Shown piece after piece: positions 9,188 to 19,377 of a stretch of DNA of 64,000 bases; position 1 is the stretch's first letter, and every line of letters begins with the position of its first letter. The stretch covers positions 864,001-928,000 of the forward strand of contig OY762209.1 in NCBI GenBank assembly GCA_963665295.1. The letters run 5' to 3'. This DNA is from Syntrophorhabdaceae bacterium (GTDB lineage: Bacteria > Desulfobacterota > Syntrophorhabdia > Syntrophorhabdales > Syntrophorhabdaceae). Made by a program: the position numbers and the translations under genes. The notes under the pieces were generated by a model that saw nothing but the letters and a program-made list of their open reading frames with translations, did no database searches and was not told the DNA's origin.

Positions 9188-10189
9188 CTACCGGTTGAGC
9201 ACGTACTTCTCCGCGTTCGTGTGGTCTACGGCGGCGCGCTCGGCGACTGTAAGAGGCAGAGAATCGAGGAAACTTCTCATGTCCGCCATATTCTCGTACG
9301 GATAATCGGAACCGAAGAGTATACTCTCAATGCCCAACACATTCTTGGTACAGAAGAAGGCTTCCTTCGACATGTTTCCACTAGTGGTGACCATCACGTT
9401 CTTGTGGGCAAAATAATAGCTGATTTCGTGGTCGTTCTTCAGGGGACCGTGGGCAAAGGCGCTGAAGCGGTTGTCCATGCGGTCCATCAGGAAGGGAAAA
9501 GTCTCGCCGAGATGACCCACGATGACCTGCAAATCCGGGAATTCGTCAAAGACGCCGCTCACGATCAAAGTCAGGACGGTAGTCAGGGTGTCGACGGTGA
9601 AGCCCAGTCCCGGGCCGGCAAAGGAGATTCCCCACCGCGTGTAACGGGGGTCCTGAGGAATGTTGGGGTGGACGTAAACGGGCATTTTCAACTCCGCCGC
9701 GCAGGCGAGCAAAGGGAGGTATTCAGGATCGCTCACGTACTTGTTGGCTCCGTAATTTGAATGGGTATGCCAAAGGACGAAGTTCAGCTCCTTCTTGCAG
9801 CGAATCAACTCCTTGACGGCGGCGTCGATCATGGTAACCGGGAGGCATGCCGAGCCGAGAAAGGCGTCGGGGAATTTCCTGGTGGCCTCGTAAACCTCAT
9901 CATTACAGCTCCGGGCAAGCATCACGGAGTCTTCACCTTCTACCATCTCAACTGACGGACTGCAACTTAAAACCGCTTGAGAAATACCATGCTCTCGCAG
10001 GATTTCGACCCGCTTTTCGCCCATATCCGTAATGTCATACTGGAGCGTCTTCAACGGCACGCCCATGGCGCCGACGGGGTAAAATACGGTGCTCTCAGGA
10101 TCATAGGTGGGCGCTGACGTCCTGCCGGTGAAATAGTCAAGTGTAGCCTTAGTGTAATAATGATTCTCGAAATCTATTTTTTTCTCCAT
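9188..10189 (-). CDS. Amidohydrolase_2 family protein (aromatic acid decarboxylase-like)
   Basis: IDFENH, VYVHP, IVGHLGE and LFGSDYP metal-binding motifs. Confidence 0.85.
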   Translation of the reverse strand: MEKKIDFENHYYTKATLDYFTGRTSAPTYDPESTVFYPVGAMGVPLKTLQYDITDMGEKRVEILREHGISQAVLSCSPSVEMVEGEDSVMLARSCNDEVYEATRKFPDAFLGSACLPVTMIDAAVKELIRCKKELNFVLWHTHSNYGANKYVSDPEYLPLLACAAELKMPVYVHPNIPQDPRYTRWGISFAGPGLGFTVDTLTTVLTLIVSGVFDEFPDLQVIVGHLGETFPFLMDRMDNRFSAFAHGPLKNDHEISYYFAHKNVMVTTSGNMSKEAFFCTKNVLGIESILFGSDYPYENMADMRSFLDSLPLTVAERAAVDHTNAEKYVLNR

Positions 10190-10761
10190 ACTGTCCTCCC
10201 TTTATCGGAATTTCCTTTGTGACGCTGTGCAAGGCGGAAAGGACCCGCACAATAAGGGATACGCCACCGTCATTGCCCATCTTCAACGTGTAATGTGCCG
10301 GCAGTTAAGGGTATTGTATACCATTCACCCCGGAAGTCAAAGCGATTTGTTCCAAATAGCCTCACCCGCCTTGCTCGTACCGGCGGACACGAATGTACCC
10401 TTTTGCCGCTTTGCGATCTCACGCGGGTCTTGTCCGGAACAGGCAACGCTCTTCAGTGCTCCCTCTGATAATGACTTGCCGTCCCTCTCCATATGGAGGA
10501 TACGTCCGAACGAGGCGATGCCTATACGATAGGGCTTCCGATAAGAGTTGAAAACGGGAGGCCCACCTTCGCGGGTCAACAGGGCGGATGAAAAGAGGTG
10601 AGAACAACGGCTACACCGCCAAAGCAGGCATGTCCGTGAAAAAACTCCCGGAACTATGATAGATAGACTTTGTGACGGGTATAGCCCGGCCGGGCGACAA
10701 AGAGCAATCTCCGCATAATGTACCTTCTATCGTAAAAAAAGGATCGCGCAAAAGATAATGC

Positions 10762-10791
10762 TTGACAATTGCATCAATATATCTTGATATA
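10762..10791 (+). promoter_or_regulatory. Sigma70 -35 (TTGACA) with palindromic operator ATCAA-N6-TTGAT (SahR-like box)
   Basis: TTGACA at 10762-10767; ATCAATATATCTTGAT at 10773-10788, immediately before the ArsR-methyltransferase start. Confidence 0.65.
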
Positions 10792-10796
10792 TGCAT

Positions 10797-11720
10797 ATGA
10801 CTTTTGATGTATGCATCGATATCGCGAAGGCCCTCGCGGATCAGACAAGACTCAGGATCGTTGCTCTTCTTGAGGGAATGGAGCTTTCCGTCAAAGAGAT
10901 CACCGAGGTGATAGGCTCCGGGCAATCGGGGATGTCGAGGCATCTCGGGATACTCGCCGGATGCGGTATCCTCGAGTGCAGGAAGGACGGTCTCTGGTCG
11001 TTCTATGTCACCTCTAAAAACGGTGGAGTGAGGGAGATGGTGCAGCCCTATCTGAAGATCCTTCTTGAATCCGATGAAATGAAGATTGACCGGGCGAAGG
11101 GACACGAGATGATCGCGAGGCGTTCGAAGAAGACCCTCGGGTATTTCAACGCAGTGGCACGTGACTGGAATACCCACCGTTACGATATTCTCGGCGGCTT
11201 TGATCTCGATGGGGAGATACTCAAATATATCGGGAATGATCCTGTCGCCGATATCGGATGCGGAAACGGCACCCTCGCGGAGATGATGCTCAGGAAAGGG
11301 CTGAGTGTCATTGGAGTTGACGCCTCGCCGAAGATGATCGATGCTGCGCGAAGGCGTGCGCAGGGCTCCGCAGTGCCGGGTGATTTCCGCATCGGTGAGT
11401 GCGAACACCTTCCCCTCCGTGACAACGAGGTGTCCACAGTGCTCGCGGTGCTTGTTCTCCATCACCTTTCAGATCCTGAACGCGCCCTTTCCGAATTTGC
11501 CCGTGTGTTGAAAAAAGAGGGCAAAGTGATAATTGCCGACCTCGACGCGCACAAAACTGAAAAGCTCCGCCATGAGCAGCATGACCTGCGGCTGGGGCTT
11601 TCGAAGAAAGAGTTGGCGGCATGGCTTTCTCATACCGGATTTTCATTCTGCGAGGATAAGCAGTTCAAGCTTACAAACGGTCTTACCCTTGTGGTTTCGA
11701 TAGCGACCAAGCAAATATAA
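10797..11720 (+). CDS. sahR: ArsR HTH + SAM-binding methyltransferase-fold regulator (SahR-like)
   Basis: [11 protein letters not shown]...MSRHLGIL (ArsR); VADIGCGNG (SAM motif); directly upstream of ahcY. Start is 10791 or 10797. Confidence 0.8.
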   Translation: MTFDVCIDIAKALADQTRLRIVALLEGMELSVKEITEVIGSGQSGMSRHLGILAGCGILECRKDGLWSFYVTSKNGGVREMVQPYLKILLESDEMKIDRAKGHEMIARRSKKTLGYFNAVARDWNTHRYDILGGFDLDGEILKYIGNDPVADIGCGNGTLAEMMLRKGLSVIGVDASPKMIDAARRRAQGSAVPGDFRIGECEHLPLRDNEVSTVLAVLVLHHLSDPERALSEFARVLKKEGKVIIADLDAHKTEKLRHEQHDLRLGLSKKELAAWLSHTGFSFCEDKQFKLTNGLTLVVSIATKQI

Positions 11721-11733
11721 TTTAAAGGAGAAT

Positions 11734-13161
11734 ATGATGAAAACAAAAGAACTTGATTTTTCACTCCCCTACAAGGTGAAGGACATCGGGCTCGCGGAGC
11801 TCGGGAGAAGACAACTTGTACTGGCTGAAAATGAAATGCCCGGACTCATGGCCGCACGAGAAAAATACGGGAAGGAAAAACCCTTCAAGGGTCTCAAAAT
11901 AGCGGGGTCCCTTCACATGACAATCGAGACTGCGATGCTCATCGAGACCCTCTACGCCCTCGGCGCCGATATCCGCTGGGCGTCCTGCAATATCTTCTCT
12001 ACCCAGGACGAGGCCGCCGCCGCCATAGCCGCCGCGGGCACCGCAAAGGTGTTTGCATGGAAGGGTGAATCACTCGAAGACTACTGGTGGTGCACCGAGC
12101 AGATGCTCACATGGCCTGACGGTTCAGGCCCTGATATGATCGTTGATGACGGCGGAGACGCGACGCTCATGATCCATGAAGGGGTCAAGGTTGAGAAGGA
12201 CCCGACCGTACTCTCCAAAAAATTTGACAACAAGGAATTCCAGATCATTATGGATCGTCTTGCCGATTCGTATGAACTGAATAAAACCAAGTGGACCGAT
12301 ATCGCGAAGAAGGTCAAGGGCGTGTCCGAGGAGACGACCACCGGCGTGCATCGTCTCTATCAGCTGGAGGATCGTGGAGAGCTTCTCTTCCCCGCGGTCA
12401 ACGTAAACGACTCGGTGACGAAATCAAAGTTCGACAACCTCTATGGCTGCCGTGAATCCCTGATTGATGGAATCAAGCGCGCGACGGACATCATGATTGC
12501 GGGCAAGACCTGCGTTGTCGCCGGATACGGTGATGTGGGCAAGGGCTGCGCACAGGCACTCCGCGGTATGGGCGCCACAGTGCTTATCACCGAGATTGAT
12601 CCTATCTGCGCGCTCCAGGCCTCGATGGAAGGATACCGCGTGGTTACCATGGAAGATGCGGCTCCCATCGCCGATATTTTTGTGACTGCAACGGGTTGTG
12701 AGCATGTAATCACCGGTAAGCACATGGAGATGATGAAACATCAGGCGATCATATGCAACATCGGTCACTTCGACAGTGAAATCGAGATGAGCTATCTTGA
12801 AAACGACCCGAATTGCACCCGTGAAAACGTGAAACCTCAGGTCGACAAATGGACCGTCAACTCGGGCCGCACCATTGTGGTGCTTGCCGAAGGGCGTCTC
12901 GTGAACCTTGGCTGCGCCACAGGTCATCCGTCGTTCGTCATGTCGAACTCATTTACGAACCAGACTCTTGCTCAGATGATGCTTTCGAAGGGCGGGCTTG
13001 AAATAAAGGTCTATACTCTTCCGAAATCGCTCGATGAGGAAGTCGCACGACTTCATCTTTCACGGGTCGGCGCCAAACTCACCACTCTTACGAAGAAGCA
13101 GGCCGATTATCTCGGCATTAACGTCGAGGGACCGTACAAGGCCGAAAATTACAGGTACTAA
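11734..13161 (+). CDS. ahcY: Adenosylhomocysteinase
   Basis: [52 protein letters not shown]. Confidence 0.98.
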   Translation: MMKTKELDFSLPYKVKDIGLAELGRRQLVLAENEMPGLMAAREKYGKEKPFKGLKIAGSLHMTIETAMLIETLYALGADIRWASCNIFSTQDEAAAAIAAAGTAKVFAWKGESLEDYWWCTEQMLTWPDGSGPDMIVDDGGDATLMIHEGVKVEKDPTVLSKKFDNKEFQIIMDRLADSYELNKTKWTDIAKKVKGVSEETTTGVHRLYQLEDRGELLFPAVNVNDSVTKSKFDNLYGCRESLIDGIKRATDIMIAGKTCVVAGYGDVGKGCAQALRGMGATVLITEIDPICALQASMEGYRVVTMEDAAPIADIFVTATGCEHVITGKHMEMMKHQAIICNIGHFDSEIEMSYLENDPNCTRENVKPQVDKWTVNSGRTIVVLAEGRLVNLGCATGHPSFVMSNSFTNQTLAQMMLSKGGLEIKVYTLPKSLDEEVARLHLSRVGAKLTTLTKKQADYLGINVEGPYKAENYRY

Positions 13162-13209
13162 GATGCTATTGATGCATAAATAGCAGGACAAATCAGGACG
13201 GCAACATAA

Positions 13210-13260
13210 GCCGTGACGCTGCTCCATACTACGACAAGAAGGAAGGAGCAGCGTCACGGC
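13210..13260. terminator. 16-bp perfect inverted repeat after ahcY (possible terminator or stabiliser)
   Basis: GCCGTGACGCTGCTCC...GGAGCAGCGTCACGGC; no U-tract on the + strand. Confidence 0.4.
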
Positions 13261-13647
13261 GAAAAAACCAGGAAAAAATCCTTACCCCACGAGAAGATAG
13301 CCGGGAAAACTTCGGGCGGCCGCACGGTTTCAATGCGTGCCTGGAAGGAGGGAAGACGTGGCCCGGACACCATCACATTTGCGGGGGTATTGACGGCAAT
13401 GCGGTCTTTATTGCAAATCCTGGAGGACGGCGTCGGATCGTTGCCGTGGACTTCCCGGCCCGTGGGCGCCTTCCCGGCTTCCCCTCCTATTTGTGTTTCA
13501 CTCCAGGGAGTAAGATGGTAAAATGGAGTGAAAGTGCAGTGCCGCCATGGGTGTGAGGCCGAAATGTCGAAATAGTGAACGGCCCGCTCCAGGGGCGATC
13601 GGTACGGGTAGTCCTTGAATACATCACGCAGGAGGAAGGAAGATTTG

Positions 13648-13923
13648 ATGAAACGGCTTACATTTATTGTTTTCGCTCTCGCGGCCCTTTACGGGTGCGC
13701 CACGGACAAGCCGCAGTCGGCGATAATGAACCAACCCGGCGATTACAAACTGGGGTACAGCGACGGGTGCGCCAGCGGTCACTTTGAGGGGGGTCATCCG
13801 TACGACCAGTTTGTGAAGGACAATTACCGCTACATAAAAGATGCCCTCTATTCGCAGGGGTGGAAGGATGGCTTTGTCACCTGCAAAAATGAGTACATTG
13901 CGAAGGAAAGGGACAACCGCTAG
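13648..13923 (+). CDS. Small lipoprotein
   Basis: MKRLTFIVFALAALYGC lipobox; Y..GY.DGC.SG...Y.QGWKDG pattern; the TAG stop lies in the IS630 target CTAG. Confidence 0.75.
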   Translation: MKRLTFIVFALAALYGCATDKPQSAIMNQPGDYKLGYSDGCASGHFEGGHPYDQFVKDNYRYIKDALYSQGWKDGFVTCKNEYIAKERDNR

Positions 13924-15002
13924 TGTAGTGTCTCAGTAACGCCTTTACAGCGATTCACTTTTTCAAGTATCTCCTCGGCCTTCCTGGTCCATACGAAGGG
14001 TTTGGGGTCTTCGTTGTTGCAGCGAATATATTCTTCGATGGCGGTCACCAGTTCCTGAACGCTTTTGAAGATGCCGCGACGAATTCTCTTTCGTGTGATC
14101 TCCCCGAACCAGCGCTCCACCAGGTTAAGCCACGACGAGCTTGTGGGTGTAAAGTGGGGAACGAAACGGGGGTGTTTTTCGAGCCATGCTTTCACATTGG
14201 GGTGGGTATGAGTTCCGTAGTTGTCGAGAATCATATGGACATCGAGGCCCTTTGGCACCTGACGGTCTATGGTACGCAGGAACTTAAGAAATTCGGTATT
14301 TCTGTGGCGGGGATAGCAGGAGCCTATGACTTTTCCTTCCAGAACATTGAGGGCGGCAAAAAGACAGGTAGTGCCGTTCCTTTTGTAGTCGTGGGTCATC
14401 GTGCCGCAGCGCCCCTTCTTCATCGGTAATCCCGGCTGGGTCCGGTCCAGGGCCTGCACCTGGCTTTTCTCATCCACACAGAGTACCACCGCTTTGTCGG
14501 GAGGATTGAGATAGACGCCCACCACATCGGTCAGTTTCTCCACGAACTTCTTGTCTCTGGACAGCTTGAAAGTTTCTACCCGATGGGGCTGTAGTCCATG
14601 GGCATCCCAGATGCGCTGCACGGTGGCATGGCTCACGCCCTTCTCCTTTGCCATGGTGCGGGTGGACCACTGAGTAGCATCTTTGGGAGTTGTATGGAGC
14701 GTGGCTTCCACGATGGTGCGCACTATCTCCGGGTTAAGGCGCCTTGAACTCGGCCCATGGGGTGCGTCCTCCGATAAGCCCGAGGGGCCCTGTTCTCTGA
14801 AGCGGCCTACCCACAATATCACCGTAGGGCGGGAGGTATTGAGCCTCTTCGCTATGGCGTTATGGGACATCCCTTCTGCCGCGAGCAGGCAGATGCGGGA
14901 GCGTAGAACCACCCTTTGGGGAGTCTTCTTTGCTTTGACCCATGTTTCCAATGTCTTTCTCTGCTCTTCCGTCATGTCTAGCGTACTGGCTGGATTCCAC
15001 AT
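13920..15002 (-). CDS. IS630-family transposase
   Basis: CVDEKSQ, HDYKRNGT, ILDNYGTH and SWLNLVERWF DDE motifs. Confidence 0.95.
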   Translation of the reverse strand: MWNPASTLDMTEEQRKTLETWVKAKKTPQRVVLRSRICLLAAEGMSHNAIAKRLNTSRPTVILWVGRFREQGPSGLSEDAPHGPSSRRLNPEIVRTIVEATLHTTPKDATQWSTRTMAKEKGVSHATVQRIWDAHGLQPHRVETFKLSRDKKFVEKLTDVVGVYLNPPDKAVVLCVDEKSQVQALDRTQPGLPMKKGRCGTMTHDYKRNGTTCLFAALNVLEGKVIGSCYPRHRNTEFLKFLRTIDRQVPKGLDVHMILDNYGTHTHPNVKAWLEKHPRFVPHFTPTSSSWLNLVERWFGEITRKRIRRGIFKSVQELVTAIEEYIRCNNEDPKPFVWTRKAEEILEKVNRCKGVTETLH

Positions 15003-15060
15003 GCACTATGATAGCATAGCCAAGGGTAATTGTAAAGCTATTAGTGAGACAGTACACTAG
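13920..15060 (-). mobile_element. IS630-family element, copy A1
   Basis: Ends CTAGTGTAGTGTCTCAGTAA and reverse-complement CTAGTGTACTGTCTCACTAA; CTAG at both junctions. Confidence 0.95.
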
Positions 15061-15201
15061 GACGCGAAAACAGGAGCGCGTCGGGTTTGTCCTCCCCGGC
15101 GAACCCATGGTGCGCGTCGAGGCGGCAGTGTCCGTACCCCTTTCTGAGGGTCTGTGAGCATCGGACCCGCAGCACCCTCGCCTTATATGTAATTCTGCTG
15201 T

Positions 15202-16218
15202 TCAGTTGAACGATCTCAGGTGGGAGCGAAGGGTGCCGCCTTTTCTGTTTATGCCCAGCTTCTTCCTGATATGGTATCTGTGGCGGCTGATTGCGTCGGT
15301 GCATACTTTGAGGAAACCTGCAATCTCTTTTGTCGTTCTGCCCTCCCTGATAAGAAGGATCACCTCCATCTCCCTTGGAGTAAAGTCAAAGGAGGCCAAT
15401 TTTCGCGGAAAGGAAGAGAGCAGGTCCTCCAGGTTGTTCTCCACTATATTTACGAGGAGGGTCTGATTCTCGTTCAGCTTGGTCTCTCTTAACATCCTGA
15501 TATATCTCAGCAACAGTTCCTTCACGTTCGACGATATCTTCTCTTCGAGATCCTTTTTGTCTTCTTCCCGCTGTTTGAGCAACACCCTTAGTGCGGTATT
15601 TGCCTCCTCGACGTCGCGTGACTTGGCCCTGAGGGCTGACTCCATGTATGCCCTCTTTTCTATATCCTTCTGAAGTTCCTCGTTGACCCGGGCCAATTCC
15701 GAGGTACGCTCCTTGACCAATTCTTCGAGGCGATCCTGGTACTTCCGGAGTTCCGCCTCTGCTCTCAGGCGTTCCGTAACATCAACGACGATTCCCACCA
15801 CCACCTGCTGGTCTCCCCAGGTGGTAAAGTAACTGTCATAGTGGTCAAGGTATATATCGCGGCCGTCCTTGGCAAGACCGCGGAAGGTCATTCCTTCATC
15901 TGCGGAACGGCCGGAAAACCTGCTTAACATATGCTCTACCATGCGCGGCAGATCGCTCGGATGGACAAGGTCTCTGGCGCCCTTCCTTCCCGCGATCTCA
16001 TCAACGTCATAACCGTGTATTTCCGCCAACTTCCGGTTTACATAGATCAGCCCCTTCCCCGTGTAGAGAAATACGCCTACCGGCAATCGTTCGGCCAGAG
16101 CATGAAACATCCGGGCATTCGCTGGCAGGTTTATCTCCGGCGGCGCAGATCGGGAGGCCACATCAAGGAGACTTGAATAGTTATCTTCTTTTTCGGATCT
16201 CCTGTTTCCTTTCTTCAT
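15202..16218 (-). CDS. PAS-domain LuxR-family transcriptional regulator
   Basis: PAS (YVNRKLAEIHGY...LVHPSD), coiled coil, FTPREMEVILLIREGRTTKEIA...HRYHIRKKLGI. Confidence 0.85.
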   Translation of the reverse strand: MKKGNRRSEKEDNYSSLLDVASRSAPPEINLPANARMFHALAERLPVGVFLYTGKGLIYVNRKLAEIHGYDVDEIAGRKGARDLVHPSDLPRMVEHMLSRFSGRSADEGMTFRGLAKDGRDIYLDHYDSYFTTWGDQQVVVGIVVDVTERLRAEAELRKYQDRLEELVKERTSELARVNEELQKDIEKRAYMESALRAKSRDVEEANTALRVLLKQREEDKKDLEEKISSNVKELLLRYIRMLRETKLNENQTLLVNIVENNLEDLLSSFPRKLASFDFTPREMEVILLIREGRTTKEIAGFLKVCTDAISRHRYHIRKKLGINRKGGTLRSHLRSFN

Positions 16219-16610
16219 TGGATCGCCCCTTCGTCCTTGTCATGAAAGCTGTTCCACAGGGCTATGGGGCGTGGTCGCTTTGTCTCCCCCATTCCCACGA
16301 AGGTTCTCATGATTCCGGTCGTTATGACCAAATTGACACCCTTGCCTTCATTACCGGTTATACCCTGGTTGGCCAGGGTTCCCCTTGTGGGAACGCGCCG
16401 TTCCTCGTCCATAATCCGTCTTTCTCCGGCACAGGTGCCTACCTCATTTTCCTTCCGGCTTTAGAGAATGTCAAGAGCAATGTCATAAGGAAGATACTAC
16501 ATCATGGGAGAAAAGGACCGGGGAGGCTCCAGGACGTTTTCCACTTTACAATATCAAGATGGGTTTGTCTGCCTCCATTCGTCCATGGAGACACCGTGAA
16601 GGCTTTACGG

Positions 16611-16650
16611 AAAAAAAGAGGGCCGTAACCTGTCGAGTCACGCCCCCTTT
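16611..16650 (-). terminator. Rho-independent terminator of dctP
   Basis: Minus strand GGGGGCGTGAC...GTTACGGCCCTC followed by a T-run. Confidence 0.55.
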
Positions 16651-16670
16651 TAAACAATGTCAGAAATACA

Positions 16671-17732
16671 TCAGTAGCTATATGCGGTGGGCACCTTTTG
16701 CGCCTTTTCCTGCCCCTTCCAGAATTCGATGCGGTCCTTTATAAATTTGACCCAGCCGTCGACCTCTGCAGGCTTGTAGCCTTTGGCAGAAAGGTCCTTC
16801 TTGTAATCCGCGATAACCGGCTCCACGGCTTTCACCATTTTCGCCTGCTCTGCGTCCGAAACAACAAGCACCTGACCGCCGAGTTTTGTGAAATAATCCC
16901 TGCCTTCGATGTCGATCCTGTTCCATTCAACCGCCCATCTCTCCAGAAATTCCTTGGAGAAGTCGGTGAAGGTCTTCTTCACGTCGGGAGGCAGGCTGTC
17001 CCATCTGCGTTTATTCATGACCACGTAAAAGTTGAAGACGCTCCCGACCTTCCAGGTTGCGGAGGCATATTTCTCCACTTCGCCCAGTTTGAAGCCTTTG
17101 AGCGTCTCAAGAGGGGTGTAGGTGCCGTCGATGACCGCTCTTCTCAGGGCTTCATAGAGATCGACCGTCTCGATGGGCATGGGTACCGCGCCTAAGGCCT
17201 TCACGATGTCGCCGATCCTGCCCGTACCCCTGATCTTCATGCCCTTGAACTCTTCGAGGGTCTTTACCGGTTTCTTCAGCGTCTGGATCACGTTCGGCGG
17301 GCTCGTGGAGAACATAAGGGGATGGAACTGGTCCCACTCTTTCGGTTTGTACTTGTCATAGAAATCCATGCTCACGTGGCTCGCGATCCAACTACTCGGG
17401 AACCCCAGGGGCAACTCCATGATCTCCGTGACCGGGAAGCGTCCGCGCGAATACGACAGATGCGAGAGGCCTATATCTGCGATCCCGCTTTGGACGCCCG
17501 CGGCCATCTTCGGCGCTGTGAGCAGCGTCCCGCCTGTATACTGGGTCACTTCCACCTTGCCTGCGAGCTTCTTGTTGATCTCTTCGCAGTACTTGCCCAT
17601 CATGACCGAGTTCATGTGGGTGGGCGGAAAATAGTTTGCAAACTTGAGCTTGATGACCTCTGCGCCGGCCATGGATGAAACAGAGACCAGAAACAATACA
17701 AACAACGACGCAACTACCAATTTCCTGATCAT
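16671..17732 (-). CDS. dctP: TRAP transporter solute-binding protein (DctP family)
   Basis: Signal peptide; LKFANYFPPTH; KPVKTLEEFKGMKIR; LYEALRRAVIDG. Confidence 0.88.
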   Translation of the reverse strand: MIRKLVVASLFVLFLVSVSSMAGAEVIKLKFANYFPPTHMNSVMMGKYCEEINKKLAGKVEVTQYTGGTLLTAPKMAAGVQSGIADIGLSHLSYSRGRFPVTEIMELPLGFPSSWIASHVSMDFYDKYKPKEWDQFHPLMFSTSPPNVIQTLKKPVKTLEEFKGMKIRGTGRIGDIVKALGAVPMPIETVDLYEALRRAVIDGTYTPLETLKGFKLGEVEKYASATWKVGSVFNFYVVMNKRRWDSLPPDVKKTFTDFSKEFLERWAVEWNRIDIEGRDYFTKLGGQVLVVSDAEQAKMVKAVEPVIADYKKDLSAKGYKPAEVDGWVKFIKDRIEFWKGQEKAQKVPTAYSY

Positions 17733-17851
17733 TTTACTACCCCCTTATTTCTGTTTTGTGAATCAGACTGCCTGCGGCAATACCTTCCATTGTTTATGCT
17801 TTCCTGTATTTCTCCAGCCTCACCTCCTTACCGAATCCCCGCTTAAGACTC

Positions 17852-17917
17852 TCACTTATAGAACACCGAAGGCAACCAGAGAGCGAGTTGGGGAAACGCG
17901 AAGAGCAGGCCCCACAT
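17852..17917 (-). pseudogene. Probable 3' remnant of a TRAP large permease gene (DctM)
   Basis: Reads MWGLLFAFPQLALWLPSVFYK*, matching the typical DctM C-terminus (LL..FPQ.ALWLP), directly upstream of dctP. Confidence 0.55.
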
Positions 17918-18155
17918 AATATTTTCAGGCACCTCCGGCGCGGTTGATATCCGGATTATGACTGATCTCGTTGAATTATTCCGTTGCAGGTGAAAGGGAA
18001 TATGCTTTAACTTTGTCCGATCGTAACTTTACAAGCTTGTCGGGTTCCTTCACGTGCCGGCCGTTTCAGCGCAGGGCGCAGGGCGGAGAAGGGTTGAAAG
18101 TCCGGAAGTCCCTTTCTCCCCATGTCTCTCCGCCGTACGCTCCACCCTTGTTTTC

Positions 18156-19361
18156 CTAGCCTACCTTGAGAATGAGGGCGGCCGCCGTATCACCGGCGGA
18201 GCAACCCGTCACGAGCCCGTAGCCTCCTCCCAGGAGGACCAGCTCTTCGATAAGCTCACATACCGCCCTGCCTATGGTCGGTCCCTGGGGATGACCATAG
18301 ATGAGGGAGCTTCCGTTGTTGTTCATCTTCATGACGTCACAATTGAACTTCTTGGCAAAGGCGAGGTCATTTATCGCGAAGGGGTTGTGGGTCTTCACGG
18401 CCTTCACGTCGGAGAGCGTGATCCCTGCGTTGGCAAGGGCCATCTCAGACGCCGGGATAGGCGCGGCAGGCATGTATTTCGGTTTGACCCGTGCAAAACC
18501 GTAGGAGACAATCTGTATCTCCGTCTTGGGGTCGGTGCTCAACTCCTTCGCCTTGTCTCTCGTGGTGACGATGATCCCGCAGTTACCATCGGCGGGAAAG
18601 GTCTGGGCGCCGAAACTGAGTACTCCTCCGGGATATTGCGGTTTCAGTTTCGCCAGACCTTCCGCCGTGGTGGGGGTCCATCCTTCGTCTTCTTCGAACA
18701 GTTTTTTCTTCTTCTTGGTTACCGTGACCTCGGGGGCGAACATATAGCGCTTCTGGAACGCCCGGTCGTCGGCCCGGCCTTCCTGGAACTGCTCATAGCG
18801 CCTGAGCACCACTGCGTCGCACTCTTCCTTCGTTATGCCGAAGTCCTTGGCCACATTCTCCGCGGTTTCAGCCATGTATGCGCGGTGTCTCGGGGTACCG
18901 CTGAAATTATCCATGTTCCAGTCTTCCCTGTCGGGTTGACCTCCCGGCCCCAGGGGGTCCGGCCATATGGTGTGGGGACCATTGGAACAACGGTCCGTCA
19001 TGAGCGCGTAGCCTATCTCATAGACACCAAGCTCCATATCTTTTGCCAGGAGATTGAGACACGTGGTCGACGTGGCGCAGGCCTGGTTTACAAACAGTGC
19101 GGGGACAAATTTCTTGTCGTCCGTCAAAATGGCAGCGGCGTAGTTGTGGGACACGAACCAGTGGTTCTGGGCGACCGTGGAACCGAAATACATATAGTCG
19201 ATTATCGTAGGGTCTATGTTTCTCTTCTCGAGGAACCACCTTCTCGCAGTGGCGGGGGCCAATTCAACGGCATTGTCATTCTGCATGCTTCCCTGCCATC
19301 GGGCAAAGGGAGTTGAGTAGTATCCCCCGTAGGGTATGTACGCTTTGGTGTAAGGTTTCAT
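18156..19361 (-). CDS. Thiolase family protein
   Basis: NQACATS, FPADGNC, YGHPQGPT, GCSAG; start at ATG 19361 after GGAGG. Confidence 0.88.
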   Translation of the reverse strand: MKPYTKAYIPYGGYYSTPFARWQGSMQNDNAVELAPATARRWFLEKRNIDPTIIDYMYFGSTVAQNHWFVSHNYAAAILTDDKKFVPALFVNQACATSTTCLNLLAKDMELGVYEIGYALMTDRCSNGPHTIWPDPLGPGGQPDREDWNMDNFSGTPRHRAYMAETAENVAKDFGITKEECDAVVLRRYEQFQEGRADDRAFQKRYMFAPEVTVTKKKKKLFEEDEGWTPTTAEGLAKLKPQYPGGVLSFGAQTFPADGNCGIIVTTRDKAKELSTDPKTEIQIVSYGFARVKPKYMPAAPIPASEMALANAGITLSDVKAVKTHNPFAINDLAFAKKFNCDVMKMNNNGSSLIYGHPQGPTIGRAVCELIEELVLLGGGYGLVTGCSAGDTAAALILKVG

Positions 19362-19377
19362 AATTATTCCTCCTCGG

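Noticed and set aside
10440..10560. Possible SAM-I riboswitch (minus-strand CTCTTATC...) near ahcY
   Set aside because: Only the first few bases match; no P2-P4 consensus, and the orientation is wrong for ahcY.
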